Below are positions 63,999 through 64,000 of a stretch of DNA of 64,000 nt, piece by piece. Below the pieces are notes generated by a model. It was not told the origin of the DNA, did not search any database, and saw nothing but the letters and a program-made list of their open reading frames with translations. The DNA is from Tubulanus polymorphus (taxonomy: Eukaryota; Animalia; Nemertea), in NCBI RefSeq assembly GCF_964204645.1, contig NC_134031.1, forward strand, positions 18,545,910-18,609,909, written 5' to 3'. A program made the position numbers and the translations under genes. The first letter of the stretch is position 1. Each line of letters opens with the position of its first letter.

Positions 63999-64000
63999 TT

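Overview
Intron-rich, AT-rich animal genomic DNA, most consistent with a marine invertebrate (lophotrochozoan; the taxon is an inference). From left to right it contains: (1) two tandem intronless divergent rhodopsin-class GPCR genes on the minus strand; (2) a small three-coding-exon gene missed by the ORF track, encoding a signal peptide plus a cationic C-C-CC-C-C cystine-knot peptide that starts GCIA like the nemertean toxin nemertide alpha-1; (3) three tandem, intact 13-exon SLC6 (GlyT-like) amino-acid transporter genes with a remodelled substrate pocket and patchy near-identity between copies; (4) a decayed Penelope-like reverse transcriptase plus three minimal hammerhead-ribozyme-like motifs elsewhere; (5) a second pair of intronless GPCRs with unusual extracellular architecture, one with a frameshifted N-terminus; (6) the 3' part of a minus-strand gene encoding about 7 CUE/UBA-like repeats. 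Introns and intergenic regions are full of MITEs, hairpins and tandem repeats. All gene models were built by hand from GT-AG sites and reading-phase consistency. No database searches were run, and family comparisons rest on recalled sequences.
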